The notes below the pieces were generated by a model. That model ran no database searches. It was not told the origin of the DNA and saw only the letters and a program-made list of their open reading frames with translations. A DNA stretch of 64,000 bases from a virus: the IMG/VR virus record IMGVR_UViG_3300042566_000678, positions 32,001-96,000 of that record; one strand, given 5' to 3'. This document shows, one piece after another, positions 1-11,390 of the stretch. Position 1 is the stretch's first letter. Each line of letters opens with the position of its first letter. Both the position numbers and the translations under genes were made by a program.

Positions 1-2241
1 TTTATCTACTATTTGCTGTGATGAAACTGAACCAGAAAGTATAAGTTGGTCTAATGATTCAAATGAAGTGGATTGTTGCTTTATAAAATCAACTTCAATA
101 TCAAAGTTTGGTCCTCTTAAAAATTTAGCATCTTGCTGACTTTCACCACCAACTGTAATTGTTCTTACAATTGGTAAAGACATGAGTCTACTAATCCAAA
201 GAGTATCATTTTTATTTATACTAACTGGTAGCGGTTCGTATAACTTTAATACTATTGTTCTTGCTACATTTATCGGTATTTTATTACCTAGGTCATCAAA
301 ACCATAATTTGTAAAAGTAGTTGGGTCGGTATCCCAATTTGAAATAACAATTTGCTTATCTTCTTTATCAAATTCAGCTAAATGATTTAAATACTTTGAA
401 CTATCTTGTAAATTTAAATCAAAATTTCTTATTACCGCATCGAATAAATCTTGCTTTAATTTATCGGTTGAAATATAAAGAGCAGGTTCTGTTACTGATA
501 TTGTAATTTTAGTTTCATCACCCCTAATAGCCTCCATTATGGATTGACCATTCACATTACTTTCATCGAATGGAACAAATATTAAATCTATATTTGATGA
601 TGAATTTAAAGCACCTTTTCTTTTTAAATCATTAAAATTAAAGTTTAAAGTTTCTGCTTTATTATATTTACCCACTATGTTTCTATCATCTTCCGTTGTA
701 TGATAAACAATCACATAATCCGCAGTGTCTGAACGATATGAAACACTAAACGGATAATCACCCAACGTATAGGTTGGAATTGTTATAGAATCAGGAAAAT
801 CTATTTCATTTATTAGTGGTACATCATACCCCTCACTCAAATTTATAGTTGTATAACCTGGGTTTGGTGTGTCACCAAAAGCGCTATTTGTTGATATAAA
901 TACAACTTTAAATGAACCAATATTATTTTTAAAATCGGTTTTTAAATCTAATGTTATTACTTTACTTTCATATGAACTACCAGCAGTTACACCAACAACT
1001 CTCTGTCCAAACGGAGTTTTAATAATAACACCCTCTGCGTTTCTTATTTCAATTGGAACTTGAATTTCCTTTGTTTTGAATTTTGAACGTAAAGTTGTAC
1101 CTGGAATGTTAAAGTTAGGTTGTACTGGTGCAACTTGTACACCTGCGATTTTATTTTGGCTAGGTTTTAAATCAACAAATACGTTTATATTACGAATCAG
1201 TTTATTAGCCGGTATTACTAATTTACCATCACGAAATCCTTCGTTTGTATAACTTCCATCGCCAGCGTATCCCCAAGCCAAATCTACCAAATCATAATTA
1301 CCAGTATTCGATACAGATATACTTACATCACGTATTTCTTTGTTACTAGCAGTAATGGTAGCAGTATCCGCTGGTTTTAGTACCAACGTTGATGGTAAAT
1401 CTGCACTTTCAACCCGTATGTTAAAGGGAGATTGTGAGTAGTTTGTTAAAAATCCAATTTGTTGGGTTATATCAAATCTAGATGTAGCAGTAGTTGTTTT
1501 GGGGGTTTGTTGGTTTACAACAATTGCCTGATATTTAAAATTTAATTCAAGTGTTGTAGGTATTTTATTAAAAAATTGTGTTTCCTTTGGAGTACTACCT
1601 TCGGTTTCGTTTAAAACTATACCATCACCATTTTTACCAATTATAAATCTGTTTAAGACAGTATATTTGTTTGTATCATAATTTGGAAAGATTATTGTAC
1701 TATCATTTAATTTATCTAAATCAAATTGAGTAGTACTACCCTCTTCTACTCGTTGACCATTTATAAGATAATGGGTAGTACCCTTTGATACCGAATTATT
1801 TACTACCTTTATGTTGATTGTTTTAACCGGTCGGGTGATTGGTACATCTACATTTTTACCAGTGTTGTTATCTAAATAATTTATATTAACAACATCTTTC
1901 ATTAAGTTATCAATCCTTGTTTGCGATGATAAATCTTGCGTAGGATTGGTTGTTGATATGACCTCTCTAGAACCATCATCTCTTGTTAAGGTAATACCAC
2001 TTTGTATTGGTCCAATAGTATCACTACCCAACATTGTGAGTGGATTTATATTACCGATATTATCGGCTATACCTGCTCTTAATGCGGCTTGTCCTTCGGC
2101 GGTGTTTATGCCACCAGGAGCATCAAATGACGCAATTGCTGCAGCCAAATCAGCAATCATTTGATTTATTGTGGCTTCGTATGTATCGTAGGGTATTCCT
2201 AATCTATCCGCTTCCGCCTGTTGCTCTGGTGTTAAAGCCAT
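1..2241 (-). CDS. Large putative virion structural protein, 3' end outside the window
   Basis: Not in the ORF track. Open from ATG 2241 (MALTPEQQAEADRLG...LKLYEPLP...) to base 1. Lies at the end of the baseplate gene block. Confidence 0.75.
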   Translation of the reverse strand, partial: MALTPEQQAEADRLGIPYDTYEATINQMIADLAAAIASFDAPGGINTAEGQAALRAGIADNIGNINPLTMLGSDTIGPIQSGITLTRDDGSREVISTTNPTQDLSSQTRIDNLMKDVVNINYLDNNTGKNVDVPITRPVKTINIKVVNNSVSKGTTHYLINGQRVEEGSTTQFDLDKLNDSTIIFPNYDTNKYTVLNRFIIGKNGDGIVLNETEGSTPKETQFFNKIPTTLELNFKYQAIVVNQQTPKTTTATSRFDITQQIGFLTNYSQSPFNIRVESADLPSTLVLKPADTATITASNKEIRDVSISVSNTGNYDLVDLAWGYAGDGSYTNEGFRDGKLVIPANKLIRNINVFVDLKPSQNKIAGVQVAPVQPNFNIPGTTLRSKFKTKEIQVPIEIRNAEGVIIKTPFGQRVVGVTAGSSYESKVITLDLKTDFKNNIGSFKVVFISTNSAFGDTPNPGYTTINLSEGYDVPLINEIDFPDSITIPTYTLGDYPFSVSYRSDTADYVIVYHTTEDDRNIVGKYNKAETLNFNFNDLKRKGALNSSSNIDLIFVPFDESNVNGQSIMEAIRGDETKITISVTEPALYISTDKLKQDLFDAVIRNFDLNLQDSSKYLNHLAEFDKEDKQIVISNWDTDPTTFTNYGFDDLGNKIPINVARTIVLKLYEPLPVSINKNDTLWISRLMSLPIVRTITVGGESQQDAKFLRGPNFDIEVDFIKQQSTSFESLDQLILSGSVSSQQIVDK

Positions 2242-2304
2242 TTTTGTATTATTTCTTTACTATAATTATTACTTTTTAGGATTTTGGGTTGTTGTTTTAT
2301 ATTG

Positions 2305-3606
2305 TTACCTCAACCCACCACCCGGAGCGGCATCTTCAGTTCCACTTCTACCACTACCAGGCCCACCACTACCATTATTACGATTAATTACATCATTAAT
2401 ATCACTTTCTAACGGGATAGTTCTTCCATCTGAACCTTCAGAGCCACCTTGTCCACCACCTGAAGCCACATTTCCAGCAGGTTCTTTATATTGTATAGGC
2501 GGGTCTTTTGGTGGCGATTCTTTCTTTTTCTCTTCTTCGAGTATAACTCTATCAGCTAATTTTGTTGTTTTTCTATTTGTTTGCGTTGGAGCTACACCAG
2601 TTGTATCTTGAATTGATTCCAATTTGGTAATTGAATTATAACCAGTATTTAATAAAGATTGTAAAACAGCGGATGGTTGATATTGACCAACAGCTTCCTT
2701 ATATGTCAATGAGTATTCTCTTTTACGGAGAAACTGCATGTTGTACTCAACTGAATCTTGTAATCTGTTTTCTATAATCAATCTAAATTCTGCGGTAGAT
2801 ATAAAATTATCCAAATCTATTCCACTGGATATTTGCTGTCCGTAATCAGGTACTCCTAATTTAAATTGCTTACCATCTATTTCATATATTACCGATTTAC
2901 GAAAATCTACATATATTTTATTTTTAAAATTAGTATATCCTTCTGCACCACCAAATAAAAAATCTGTGTTTATAACTTCAATATATTTAGGACCAAATGC
3001 AGATATAAAATAATCATCTATTAAAGTTGATATATTTACTTCAACTTTATCTAAAAATTGCTGTATTTCTTTGTAGGATTGACGTAGTTCTAATACATTA
3101 TCCATAAAAGAAAAGTATCTATCTTCTAAATCTGCGTTTATATCTTTATCTAAACCCAATAGTGGCAAAACACGTATCTCTGTTCTTGATGGAGATACTT
3201 CATGTATCCAAACTCTTTTTTTAGGATTTTCGTTACCAACATAGTTTTTAACAAATGAAAAACTTACCCTAAATTCACCATTCGAATATCCAGCTTCAAA
3301 AATTAACTTTTCAACATCAATTTCAAATATTTTTTCACCGGTAATTGTATCTAACGAACTTTTTAAATAAAATGGTAATTTATCTTTGTGAATATACTTA
3401 ACTCTAACACCATTTTGTTGTTCTAATAGGTTGTTTGATATATCATACAAACGAAACTCTATGGCATCATTTTTAGATAATCCAAAATCATCTACATTTT
3501 TTGCAGATGTTTTGAATATATTTAAATCAGTAGGTTTAATTATTTGAGCCGTAGACTCTAACTCCTGATTTATTTTTTCAATATTTTTAAAATCGTTTAT
3601 TGCCAT
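2305..3606 (-). CDS. Putative virion structural protein
   Basis: 433 aa with a Gly-rich tail, coupled to neighbours in the structural block. Confidence 0.55.
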   Translation of the reverse strand: MAINDFKNIEKINQELESTAQIIKPTDLNIFKTSAKNVDDFGLSKNDAIEFRLYDISNNLLEQQNGVRVKYIHKDKLPFYLKSSLDTITGEKIFEIDVEKLIFEAGYSNGEFRVSFSFVKNYVGNENPKKRVWIHEVSPSRTEIRVLPLLGLDKDINADLEDRYFSFMDNVLELRQSYKEIQQFLDKVEVNISTLIDDYFISAFGPKYIEVINTDFLFGGAEGYTNFKNKIYVDFRKSVIYEIDGKQFKLGVPDYGQQISSGIDLDNFISTAEFRLIIENRLQDSVEYNMQFLRKREYSLTYKEAVGQYQPSAVLQSLLNTGYNSITKLESIQDTTGVAPTQTNRKTTKLADRVILEEEKKKESPPKDPPIQYKEPAGNVASGGGQGGSEGSDGRTIPLESDINDVINRNNGSGGPGSGRSGTEDAAPGGGLR

Positions 3607-4619
3607 TATTGATTTGCTAAATTTCTTTTACCCATTGTTTGATTATATACATAATAACAATATTGTTTACCAACATTATGAATAATTTTTCCTATAAAAT
3701 TATCATTGGGTAATTCACCCATCTCATACGCCATATGCTCTGTCCAAGGTTTAACTACCGTATAAATCCATTTGGTATATTTAGGCTTTTCTTTCATAAA
3801 CTTAACTACATCCCTTGCCCACATCATATACCCTAATACTAATTTTGGTTCTCTATCAAACATCATATTACCATAACGCTCATCTGCATTCCAAATATTT
3901 TGTGGTAAATAACCTTGATTATATAATTCGTTACAAATAATTTTCTTTTTCTTCGTATTAGCTAATTGTGCTTGAACTCTAGCAGCTTGTTCAGCCGCCG
4001 CCCTAGCTTGGGCTTGTGAGTTTGAAGTCTGTGCATCTGCTAAAGCTCTTTGTGAATCAGCCAAAGCCGATTGGACTGATGCTAACGAACCACCTGCGGC
4101 TTTTACTAAATTGTTTAGAGTATCTATTTGTTTTAATAGAGCAGTTTTTTGTGCAGTTAAACCAGAGGTTTCAGCTTCTAACCCAGTTCGTTCTGCGTTT
4201 TCCGAAATTGCCTTTTGTATAGCAGTTGATAGACCTGTTCTCAATTCACTAACTATATTATTTTGTGCTGCCAAATTGTTTTCTAAAGTTGCATTTGTAA
4301 CTTTAAGAAAATCATTTGAAACATACAAAGAACTACTATCTGATGTTTTTTGGTTTAATTGTGTGGTTAAATCTTCTATTGTAGTATTTAAATCTGCAAT
4401 TTGTAGATTTAATTCAGCATTTAATTCTACTTCGGCATCGTATATTGGTTTTGGGACCAAATCCAATTTTACCTTTGGAAGTGGTTTAATAAGTTCGGTT
4501 ACTTTAGTATTTACAGATTTTTCTAATTCGTTACTATTAAATTCATCTGTATATAATTTTGTTGTAAAGGTTTCCGTACTTTTGTTTGCTAAATCAATAT
4601 TTTGTCTTTCTATCGCCAT
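3606..4619 (-). CDS. Coiled-coil protein with a C-terminal KIICNELY...GY..WA...PW module
   Basis: Long heptad region, then an abrupt switch to a globular domain of about 110 aa. Confidence 0.55.
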   Translation of the reverse strand: MAIERQNIDLANKSTETFTTKLYTDEFNSNELEKSVNTKVTELIKPLPKVKLDLVPKPIYDAEVELNAELNLQIADLNTTIEDLTTQLNQKTSDSSSLYVSNDFLKVTNATLENNLAAQNNIVSELRTGLSTAIQKAISENAERTGLEAETSGLTAQKTALLKQIDTLNNLVKAAGGSLASVQSALADSQRALADAQTSNSQAQARAAAEQAARVQAQLANTKKKKIICNELYNQGYLPQNIWNADERYGNMMFDREPKLVLGYMMWARDVVKFMKEKPKYTKWIYTVVKPWTEHMAYEMGELPNDNFIGKIIHNVGKQYCYYVYNQTMGKRNLANQ

Positions 4620-5728
4620 TATTTGATTATTTCAAAATCACCCAATTCAAATTCTTCTTCGTTGTAATCTTCAATTGTTTTTACTACTAACGTATAAACT
4701 CTACCATATGCAAAGTTTGTAAAGTTTAAACGTATTAAGTTACTATCAGTTCCCATTATTACTTTTGAGTTTGCATCATAAGGAACAATTGTTTCTTTTG
4801 TAATTGTATCTTTTATTGTATAGTAACTTTCGGTTGGTAATTTGTATCCAGTCTGATATTCAAACGTTGGATATACATTTCCAGATGTTATTGGGTTAAA
4901 TTGTTTAACCGGATATAACTCTCTTGCTACCAATTTAATTGTTACCTTTTGGTTTACTTTATATTGGTTTTTCAAATTAGATGAATAAACTCTATATTGT
5001 CTACTACCAACGGATGCTAAACTACCAGTAGATAAATTACTTTCTTGCCAACTAACTCTTAATTTTGGTTGGTATATTGTGTTGGTTTCTTTTGAAAAAA
5101 ACTTAACACTACCATAATCAACTCTATCTTCTTCTGCCGATGAATTGTATTTAATAATTAATCCGTTGTTTGGATAGCTACCACTTAACCAAGTACGAAC
5201 TTGTTGTGTAACATCAAACGTTACATCTTCTAACTCATATGAGTAAGTGTTTGTATCAGCTGATTGTGTGTACCAGCTACCACCATAACCAGTCCAAGAA
5301 CCAGTTGTTCCAGCGTTGAATGATGCAGTAATACCAACAATATTATCGTTCCATATAGAGGTTGTATCATCCCCATTTTTGTAAATCCAAGTTACACCAT
5401 TAGTAGATATTTTATCAAATCTAGTACCAGTACCATTTTCCCAACTCTGTGATATTGCGTATGCTTCTAACGTAATTGTTGCAGGTATTTCATTTGCTTC
5501 TGCTAACTTTAATTCCAAAGATGCCGTAAAAGAACCAGATGGTATTTCACCACTTGCTATACTACGAGATATAGCAGCTATATCAAACTTTATTAAAGTT
5601 CTAGCTACATCCATAGTATCACCGTAGTATTGTTTAGATACTTCTAATATCTCATCAATACCAGTATTTTGGTATGGTTGTTGTAAATATATACTTGCGT
5701 CCGATGATGCTGTGTAAAATAAATTCAT
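4619..5728 (-). CDS. DNRLRE-like domain virion protein
   Basis: ASSDASIY...NTG.DEILEV...RTLIKFD...SWENG...F.SKE...PKL pattern. Confidence 0.55.
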   Translation of the reverse strand: MNLFYTASSDASIYLQQPYQNTGIDEILEVSKQYYGDTMDVARTLIKFDIAAISRSIASGEIPSGSFTASLELKLAEANEIPATITLEAYAISQSWENGTGTRFDKISTNGVTWIYKNGDDTTSIWNDNIVGITASFNAGTTGSWTGYGGSWYTQSADTNTYSYELEDVTFDVTQQVRTWLSGSYPNNGLIIKYNSSAEEDRVDYGSVKFFSKETNTIYQPKLRVSWQESNLSTGSLASVGSRQYRVYSSNLKNQYKVNQKVTIKLVARELYPVKQFNPITSGNVYPTFEYQTGYKLPTESYYTIKDTITKETIVPYDANSKVIMGTDSNLIRLNFTNFAYGRVYTLVVKTIEDYNEEEFELGDFEIIK

Positions 5729-7743
5729 TATAGTGCTCTTCCTTTAATATCTGTATTTGGGTATTTTATTTCAAAAACCGCTGGGTCTAAAGATGGGTAT
5801 ATTATCTTATTACGGGTTGCCTCTTTAATGTTATATGCATAAGCCGAATAATTTCCACCTCTTAAATTTACCACCTCTACGTTTTGAACTGCCGCAACAC
5901 CATCAATGTTTGCAATTTCTAATTCAATTTCACTTAAATTTATTGGTTGGTTTATTTTCCACTTTGTAATATCAAATAAATTTTTTAATGCATTATTTAC
6001 CTTCAATAGAACTTCACGCTTATTGTAGTTATTAAATGTTGTTATTTCATAATTTATTCCAATGTTTATAACAAAACCATCCAACATATTAACCGCATCT
6101 GTCAACATACGATAATCTTCCAAATACGTTTTAAGGTTTTGTTTAATTGCATCATTTAATACCGTTAGGTTTCCGTTTACATCGTAACCCAATAGATGCA
6201 TATTGATTGCAAATGGGTTATTAAATTCCGCGTTTATAGTTTTTTGCTGTAAAATGTATCTTTCAATTTGGTCACCAATTTCAGTATCGGTTTTACCAAC
6301 GGACGATTTTACTAAATTTAAGAATTGTTGTCTTGCGGTATCATCTCTTAAAACCGCTTGAACTTTTGTATCATCCAATGCCGTATCTTGTTCCACATAC
6401 ACTTTAGCAATACTACCAAATTCAGATGGCATTGCCAATGTTCTAATTTCATAATCAGCTTTGGTTACTGCTCTATTTTGAGAACCATAATTTGCTATTG
6501 CATTTTCTCTTATTTCATCAATAGTTTCAGCTGAACCACCCCCTACCGCTGGTTCCAAATTAGTAACCGCGACTGATGTCTTTGATGCATTATATACAGG
6601 CAATGTTATTGGTGTATATTGTAATAAATCTTCATCAAATTCAATTAGATTTATAGTAGTTAAATCGCCAGATGGTATATTTGAACTTATACCACCACCC
6701 GATAAATACGTTACAGTCAATATTGTATTTGATGGGGCTATACCATATGTAGATGTTTTTAAGAAATTGGATGGGTCGAATGTTTCTCCCAATTTATCAA
6801 TTGAGTTATTCAATCCCAACCCCACATTTTTAGTAGATGGTACTAATATCTCATCACTCACATTTGAACTACCACCACCAAAACGAAGTTGTACCGAATT
6901 AGTTGATGTAATTTTTGTTGTAAATCTACGTGGTGTTTTTAATAATTTTAACAAATATGGTGTAGTTGAACGATATTGTGAAAGTTCTGCGTCATTCGAT
7001 TCAACATTTGGCATTTTTGTATATATCATTTCTTGCGCCAAATAAGGTACTTCATAATATACGTTTCCATTTGAATCAACCACACGTTCTACACTAATAA
7101 ATGAATTATCTTCTATTGTAAATGTAGGATTTTTGGTGAAATTACCAACGGTAAATGTTTGAGTTTTAACAGTTGCACTTATTGCTTTTACTTTTTTTGT
7201 TAAAAGATATAATGCAGTTTCACTACCATTTGTTTGAAAAACACTTACTTCTCTATCGGTAGGGTCATTGAAATCTACATCATCTGCTGTTACAAATGTC
7301 AATTCACTACGCAAATTAGATTTAATTTGCATACCCTGTCTAATTTTTAAAGCGTATGAGTAATCTGGTTTGTTATTAAGACCAACTCCAACATTTGGTA
7401 CAGTTTGATAAACCGTTATTGTAGTTGTTGCTGGTCTAGATAATTTTGGTTTGTATCCCAAATTTTGAGCCTGCATCAGTACGTTTGAGTAATTACCGGC
7501 TAAATTTATGAAAGATTCTTTTAACTGCGAATCTGTATAGTATGAAAGAACATCACCTACATAAGCCGCTTGCTCAATAAACATCATACCAGGAGATGCT
7601 TCATTGAAATCACTAAAGGTATCAGAATAATATGTTTTAGTAAATTCAACAAGAGCATTTCGCAATGATGTAAAATCTCTGTTTAGATACTTTATATCTT
7701 TATTGTTTTTACCCCAATTTTTTTCCGTAGGTAGTAGTGCCAT
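5728..7743 (-). CDS. Baseplate wedge subunit (T4 gp6 / baseplate J-like)
   Basis: YLNRDF..LR...FSDFNEASPGMMFIE..AYVGDVLSYY and GG..ET.DEIR.NA...QNRAVT..DY motifs. Confidence 0.9.
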   Translation of the reverse strand: MALLPTEKNWGKNNKDIKYLNRDFTSLRNALVEFTKTYYSDTFSDFNEASPGMMFIEQAAYVGDVLSYYTDSQLKESFINLAGNYSNVLMQAQNLGYKPKLSRPATTTITVYQTVPNVGVGLNNKPDYSYALKIRQGMQIKSNLRSELTFVTADDVDFNDPTDREVSVFQTNGSETALYLLTKKVKAISATVKTQTFTVGNFTKNPTFTIEDNSFISVERVVDSNGNVYYEVPYLAQEMIYTKMPNVESNDAELSQYRSTTPYLLKLLKTPRRFTTKITSTNSVQLRFGGGSSNVSDEILVPSTKNVGLGLNNSIDKLGETFDPSNFLKTSTYGIAPSNTILTVTYLSGGGISSNIPSGDLTTINLIEFDEDLLQYTPITLPVYNASKTSVAVTNLEPAVGGGSAETIDEIRENAIANYGSQNRAVTKADYEIRTLAMPSEFGSIAKVYVEQDTALDDTKVQAVLRDDTARQQFLNLVKSSVGKTDTEIGDQIERYILQQKTINAEFNNPFAINMHLLGYDVNGNLTVLNDAIKQNLKTYLEDYRMLTDAVNMLDGFVINIGINYEITTFNNYNKREVLLKVNNALKNLFDITKWKINQPINLSEIELEIANIDGVAAVQNVEVVNLRGGNYSAYAYNIKEATRNKIIYPSLDPAVFEIKYPNTDIKGRAL

Positions 7744-7744
7744 A

Positions 7745-8173
7745 TTAAACCCTTATATTTATTGAGTCTCTTGAATTATTTCCAGTAAATGGTAATCTAT
7801 AATTTAATTGAACTTGTATTGAATTATTATCTCTTGAATTATTATCGGAATATACGGATACATTTTCTACCACAACAAACGGTAACCACCTTGCAATCGC
7901 AGTTTCTATTTCCGTTTGTATATACAAAAATACACCCGCCCCATCATCTATTTGTTCAAAAAGTGCTTGCCTTAAATTACAGCCAAATTCAGGTTGCATT
8001 AATCGTTCTCCTCTATTGGTTAGTATTAAATTTCTTAAATCCGATTTTATTTGTTCTTTAGTTGTATAGTTTACGGCAAAATATCCATTATTTCCTTTTG
8101 TAAAGCAATCGGATACACCCACACTTTTATCTTGGGTATCAATAATCGGTTTATTTTGTATAATGTATGCCAT
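7745..8173 (-). CDS. Baseplate wedge subunit, gp25/GPW family
   Basis: LILT.RGERLMQPEFGCNL..LFE motif, adjacent to the gp6-like gene. Confidence 0.9.
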   Translation of the reverse strand: MAYIIQNKPIIDTQDKSVGVSDCFTKGNNGYFAVNYTTKEQIKSDLRNLILTNRGERLMQPEFGCNLRQALFEQIDDGAGVFLYIQTEIETAIARWLPFVVVENVSVYSDNNSRDNNSIQVQLNYRLPFTGNNSRDSINIRV

Positions 8174-8604
8174 TATTTCTTAAACTTTTTAACTAATTGT
8201 GAGTAATCTCTTGTCATTGCTTTCATCAACACATCTACACCCTCTGGGTTTTTATGTGCCATCATTCTTGCTTGCTCTAATACTGATGGACCACCTGCCG
8301 AAGCACCATATTGGTCTGCCATATTTGATTCCTCACCGAATGAGTTATCTCCGTATCCTAACATATCAGGTGTAATTCTTGGAGTATGTGGATTTGCACT
8401 TCTTTTATCAAATCTCATTTCACCCCAGCTACCATCTGTTTTAGATACTGCTTGGTAATTTTCTTTTATCTGTGGTTTAGATGGTGCTTCTAGTTCTTCA
8501 TTTAACACATCTCTTACCGCTTTGCGGATTTCTTCTTTAAGAGTTTTTTTCATATCTTCTCTTAAAACTTTTACTAAACCTTTAATTAGTTCCGTTTGAT
8601 TCAT
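8173..8604 (-). CDS. Hypothetical phage protein
   Basis: 143 aa, preceded by the ATATTTAT motif. Confidence 0.5.
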   Translation of the reverse strand: MNQTELIKGLVKVLREDMKKTLKEEIRKAVRDVLNEELEAPSKPQIKENYQAVSKTDGSWGEMRFDKRSANPHTPRITPDMLGYGDNSFGEESNMADQYGASAGGPSVLEQARMMAHKNPEGVDVLMKAMTRDYSQLVKKFKK

Positions 8605-8682
8605 AATAAATTGTAGTTTATCTTATATAAATATATGTTATTGAAAATGTGGATATTTTGTTAGGTAATCATTGATACCATT

Positions 8683-10098
8683 TTAATCCCTTATAGGATT
8701 ACGTGCTCTTTCTACGGGAATAACAAAACCGGATAATTTATTATCTTTTAATAATTGTTTTAATGATGTTTTTTTTCTATATACACCACCACCATCTCTA
8801 CTATAACCTTTCTCTTGTGGAACGGTGTTACCCTCTATTGTTACTATTTCACCCGTTTTTGGATTATAACTTTCCACTACACCAATATGAGACTCTCTAT
8901 ATCTTTTTAAATCTGTATCATAACTTTTATATATTATTGCCCCACCAACTGTTGGATTTTTTGTAAATAATCCATTTTTTTCACCCCACTTTTTCCAGTT
9001 TACACACGAAGCATCTCCATCAAAAGGCGCACGAATATTTGGAGTTAAAATACCAGCTTTTCTCCACCAATCGGATAGTGCTGCTGCGCACCATGGTTCA
9101 CCTTCTTTACCTTTAATTTTTGGAGGAGGAAACCCAACAGCTATTAACATTTCTTCTATCCTTGCACCTCTGTTATTACCACCCTGTTCTCTAACATTTA
9201 AATCAGCACGAGCAGCATCAAGGATTCTATTTATATAATCATTTAGCTCTATATCATCATCTACACTACTTTCATCGGCATCTAATGATACATGTCTTTT
9301 AGTATCTAGTTTACCTTTCTCATGTATTATTAGTTCTTCATATGTATCAACAATGCGTGCATCCCGAACATCTCGCTCTTCTTGTTTTATAAGCTCAAGT
9401 TGTTCTTCAGCTTCCCTTTGTCTTGCTAGTGATACTTCAGTATCTATATCACTCATTATAAAATCTTTATCAGATAATTCAGGTTTTGGTTGAAGAATTT
9501 CTTCTGCATTTTTAGTATTTGGTTGTGATGCCGGTGATACTTCAACATTAAACCCAACCCAAGGTAATACAGCAGGACCAGGAGGTGCCGTTGGTGGATA
9601 TTGGGATATTGTATTACAAAAACCACTTACCGTTTGCAAGTGTATAGTTGCTTGTAATATAAACGCATCTAAATATGGGTCATTGGATGTAGATGGAAAT
9701 ACAGGAAATGGTGTAGGTGGCCAAGTACCAGGATTTGTTGTAGTATTAGTTACAACTGAAAGATTTAGAATTGTTCCTGGAGCTGGTATTAATGGTGGTA
9801 TTTTTCCCAACTCCGCACCGGTCCAATAGGCAACCGCCCCCTTACCTAATAATGCTATTGATTGATTATAGAATACTGGTGTTTTTGCGGTTAAACCAGC
9901 TTCCAATGCATACAATATAGTTGCACGCATTAATTCTGTGTTACCTTTTATTACGGTATTTTGTGTGGTTACATCTAAACCACGCTTCATACATTGGTCA
10001 TATTTTTGAGTAAAGAAATCGGCAAATTCATTGGTACTCTTAAATGAAGAGTTTACCATCTTTGCTTTCATTTCTTGTTTAAAAATACTCCAAGACAT
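8683..10098 (-). CDS. Baseplate-associated protein with a C-terminal CHAP peptidoglycan hydrolase domain
   Basis: PWCAA (Cys), HIGVVE (His) and TIEGNT motifs. Confidence 0.8.
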   Translation of the reverse strand: MSWSIFKQEMKAKMVNSSFKSTNEFADFFTQKYDQCMKRGLDVTTQNTVIKGNTELMRATILYALEAGLTAKTPVFYNQSIALLGKGAVAYWTGAELGKIPPLIPAPGTILNLSVVTNTTTNPGTWPPTPFPVFPSTSNDPYLDAFILQATIHLQTVSGFCNTISQYPPTAPPGPAVLPWVGFNVEVSPASQPNTKNAEEILQPKPELSDKDFIMSDIDTEVSLARQREAEEQLELIKQEERDVRDARIVDTYEELIIHEKGKLDTKRHVSLDADESSVDDDIELNDYINRILDAARADLNVREQGGNNRGARIEEMLIAVGFPPPKIKGKEGEPWCAAALSDWWRKAGILTPNIRAPFDGDASCVNWKKWGEKNGLFTKNPTVGGAIIYKSYDTDLKRYRESHIGVVESYNPKTGEIVTIEGNTVPQEKGYSRDGGGVYRKKTSLKQLLKDNKLSGFVIPVERARNPIRD

Positions 10099-11390
10099 TA
10101 TACTAGGTAGTTAGTAGATGAAAGGCAATCTTTTAGTTCTTTGGCTAAACTATTAAAAGTTGCTTTATCAATTGGACCAGGCGCAGATGGACCAGATGGG
10201 GTTGCAATTGTCATTAGGTTAATTGCCTGTATAAGCCTATCAATCAAATTTATTAGTTTGTTACCCATTATCATTTGATTAGCTTCAACCGAATTATCAG
10301 TATTATCTGCTCCCAATAAAACTTTTCCACCTGAAACACCTATGATTACATCATTATTACCCAATGCGTTTATTCTGACATTACCATCATTTGCAGTAAA
10401 ATCTATTGTATTTGCATCAATACTTACAATATTATTTGCAAACATAGATAAATTACGATTTGAAATTAAATACAAATCTTCACCCTTTGATGATAGCGTT
10501 ACTCTATCCGAATTTATAATTATTTGGTCACCTTTAGCTTGTTCTGGAAATTTGTATCGTTGACTATTAGTAGATACTGGAGTATATGATGTTATATATT
10601 CACCCGATGTGATGTGTATAGATGAACCATCTTTATTTATATCTTCATTAACAATATCAAATATTTTTTTAGATTTATTGTCGGAATTTTCTCCATTCCG
10701 TATCATAAATGCTGGATATGCTATACCATCTGTTTTATTTTCGTGCATATACCCACTTAAACGAATAGAATTTCCAAATCTACCTTGAAATATATTATCA
10801 CCCTCTCTCAAAGAAAGTTGATGAAACTTTACATCAGATTTAAAATAATCTCCCTGAAATCCATTTTTTCGTTTTTTGGATGAATTAGTATCTACCGTAC
10901 TATTTGGTATTCCAGTTTTAACAACTTCTTCTATTCTACCATTTGATGTATTACTACCACCCGAACCCTCTGGAGTTGTTTTTACTATACGAGAAACATA
11001 TGGATTTGTATTATAGTTTACTAAATTATTGTGATTTAATTTACTATAAAAATATTGTGTACCAATTCTAGTTATATATACACTTTCGGTTTCAACGGGA
11101 ATACTCTGATTGTTTCTATCAAATGGAAATGCAATATTTACATTTTTTTCATCATACTCCGCCTCTGCGTCAAACTTAAATTTTATAGTTCCATATAATA
11201 TTGTATTTTCTCCATAATAATCTGCTGCTTCAAAATCAGGAAATATTTGTTCTAACGTATTAACTGGAATATCTTTTATATCTTCCAATTTAGTAAAAAC
11301 TTTTTCAACAATAGCAACGGATTGTGGTGTAGTTTTACCATATGTAGTTATAGAACCGCCTGAAAGTGAACCTCTATATAATAATGACAT
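10098..11390 (-). CDS. Baseplate hub/central spike-like protein (gp5/gpV-like)
   Basis: EGD.IFQGRFGNSIR motif, beta-repeat C-terminal region, TPSGPS tip motif, baseplate context. Confidence 0.65.
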   Translation of the reverse strand: MSLLYRGSLSGGSITTYGKTTPQSVAIVEKVFTKLEDIKDIPVNTLEQIFPDFEAADYYGENTILYGTIKFKFDAEAEYDEKNVNIAFPFDRNNQSIPVETESVYITRIGTQYFYSKLNHNNLVNYNTNPYVSRIVKTTPEGSGGSNTSNGRIEEVVKTGIPNSTVDTNSSKKRKNGFQGDYFKSDVKFHQLSLREGDNIFQGRFGNSIRLSGYMHENKTDGIAYPAFMIRNGENSDNKSKKIFDIVNEDINKDGSSIHITSGEYITSYTPVSTNSQRYKFPEQAKGDQIIINSDRVTLSSKGEDLYLISNRNLSMFANNIVSIDANTIDFTANDGNVRINALGNNDVIIGVSGGKVLLGADNTDNSVEANQMIMGNKLINLIDRLIQAINLMTIATPSGPSAPGPIDKATFNSLAKELKDCLSSTNYLV

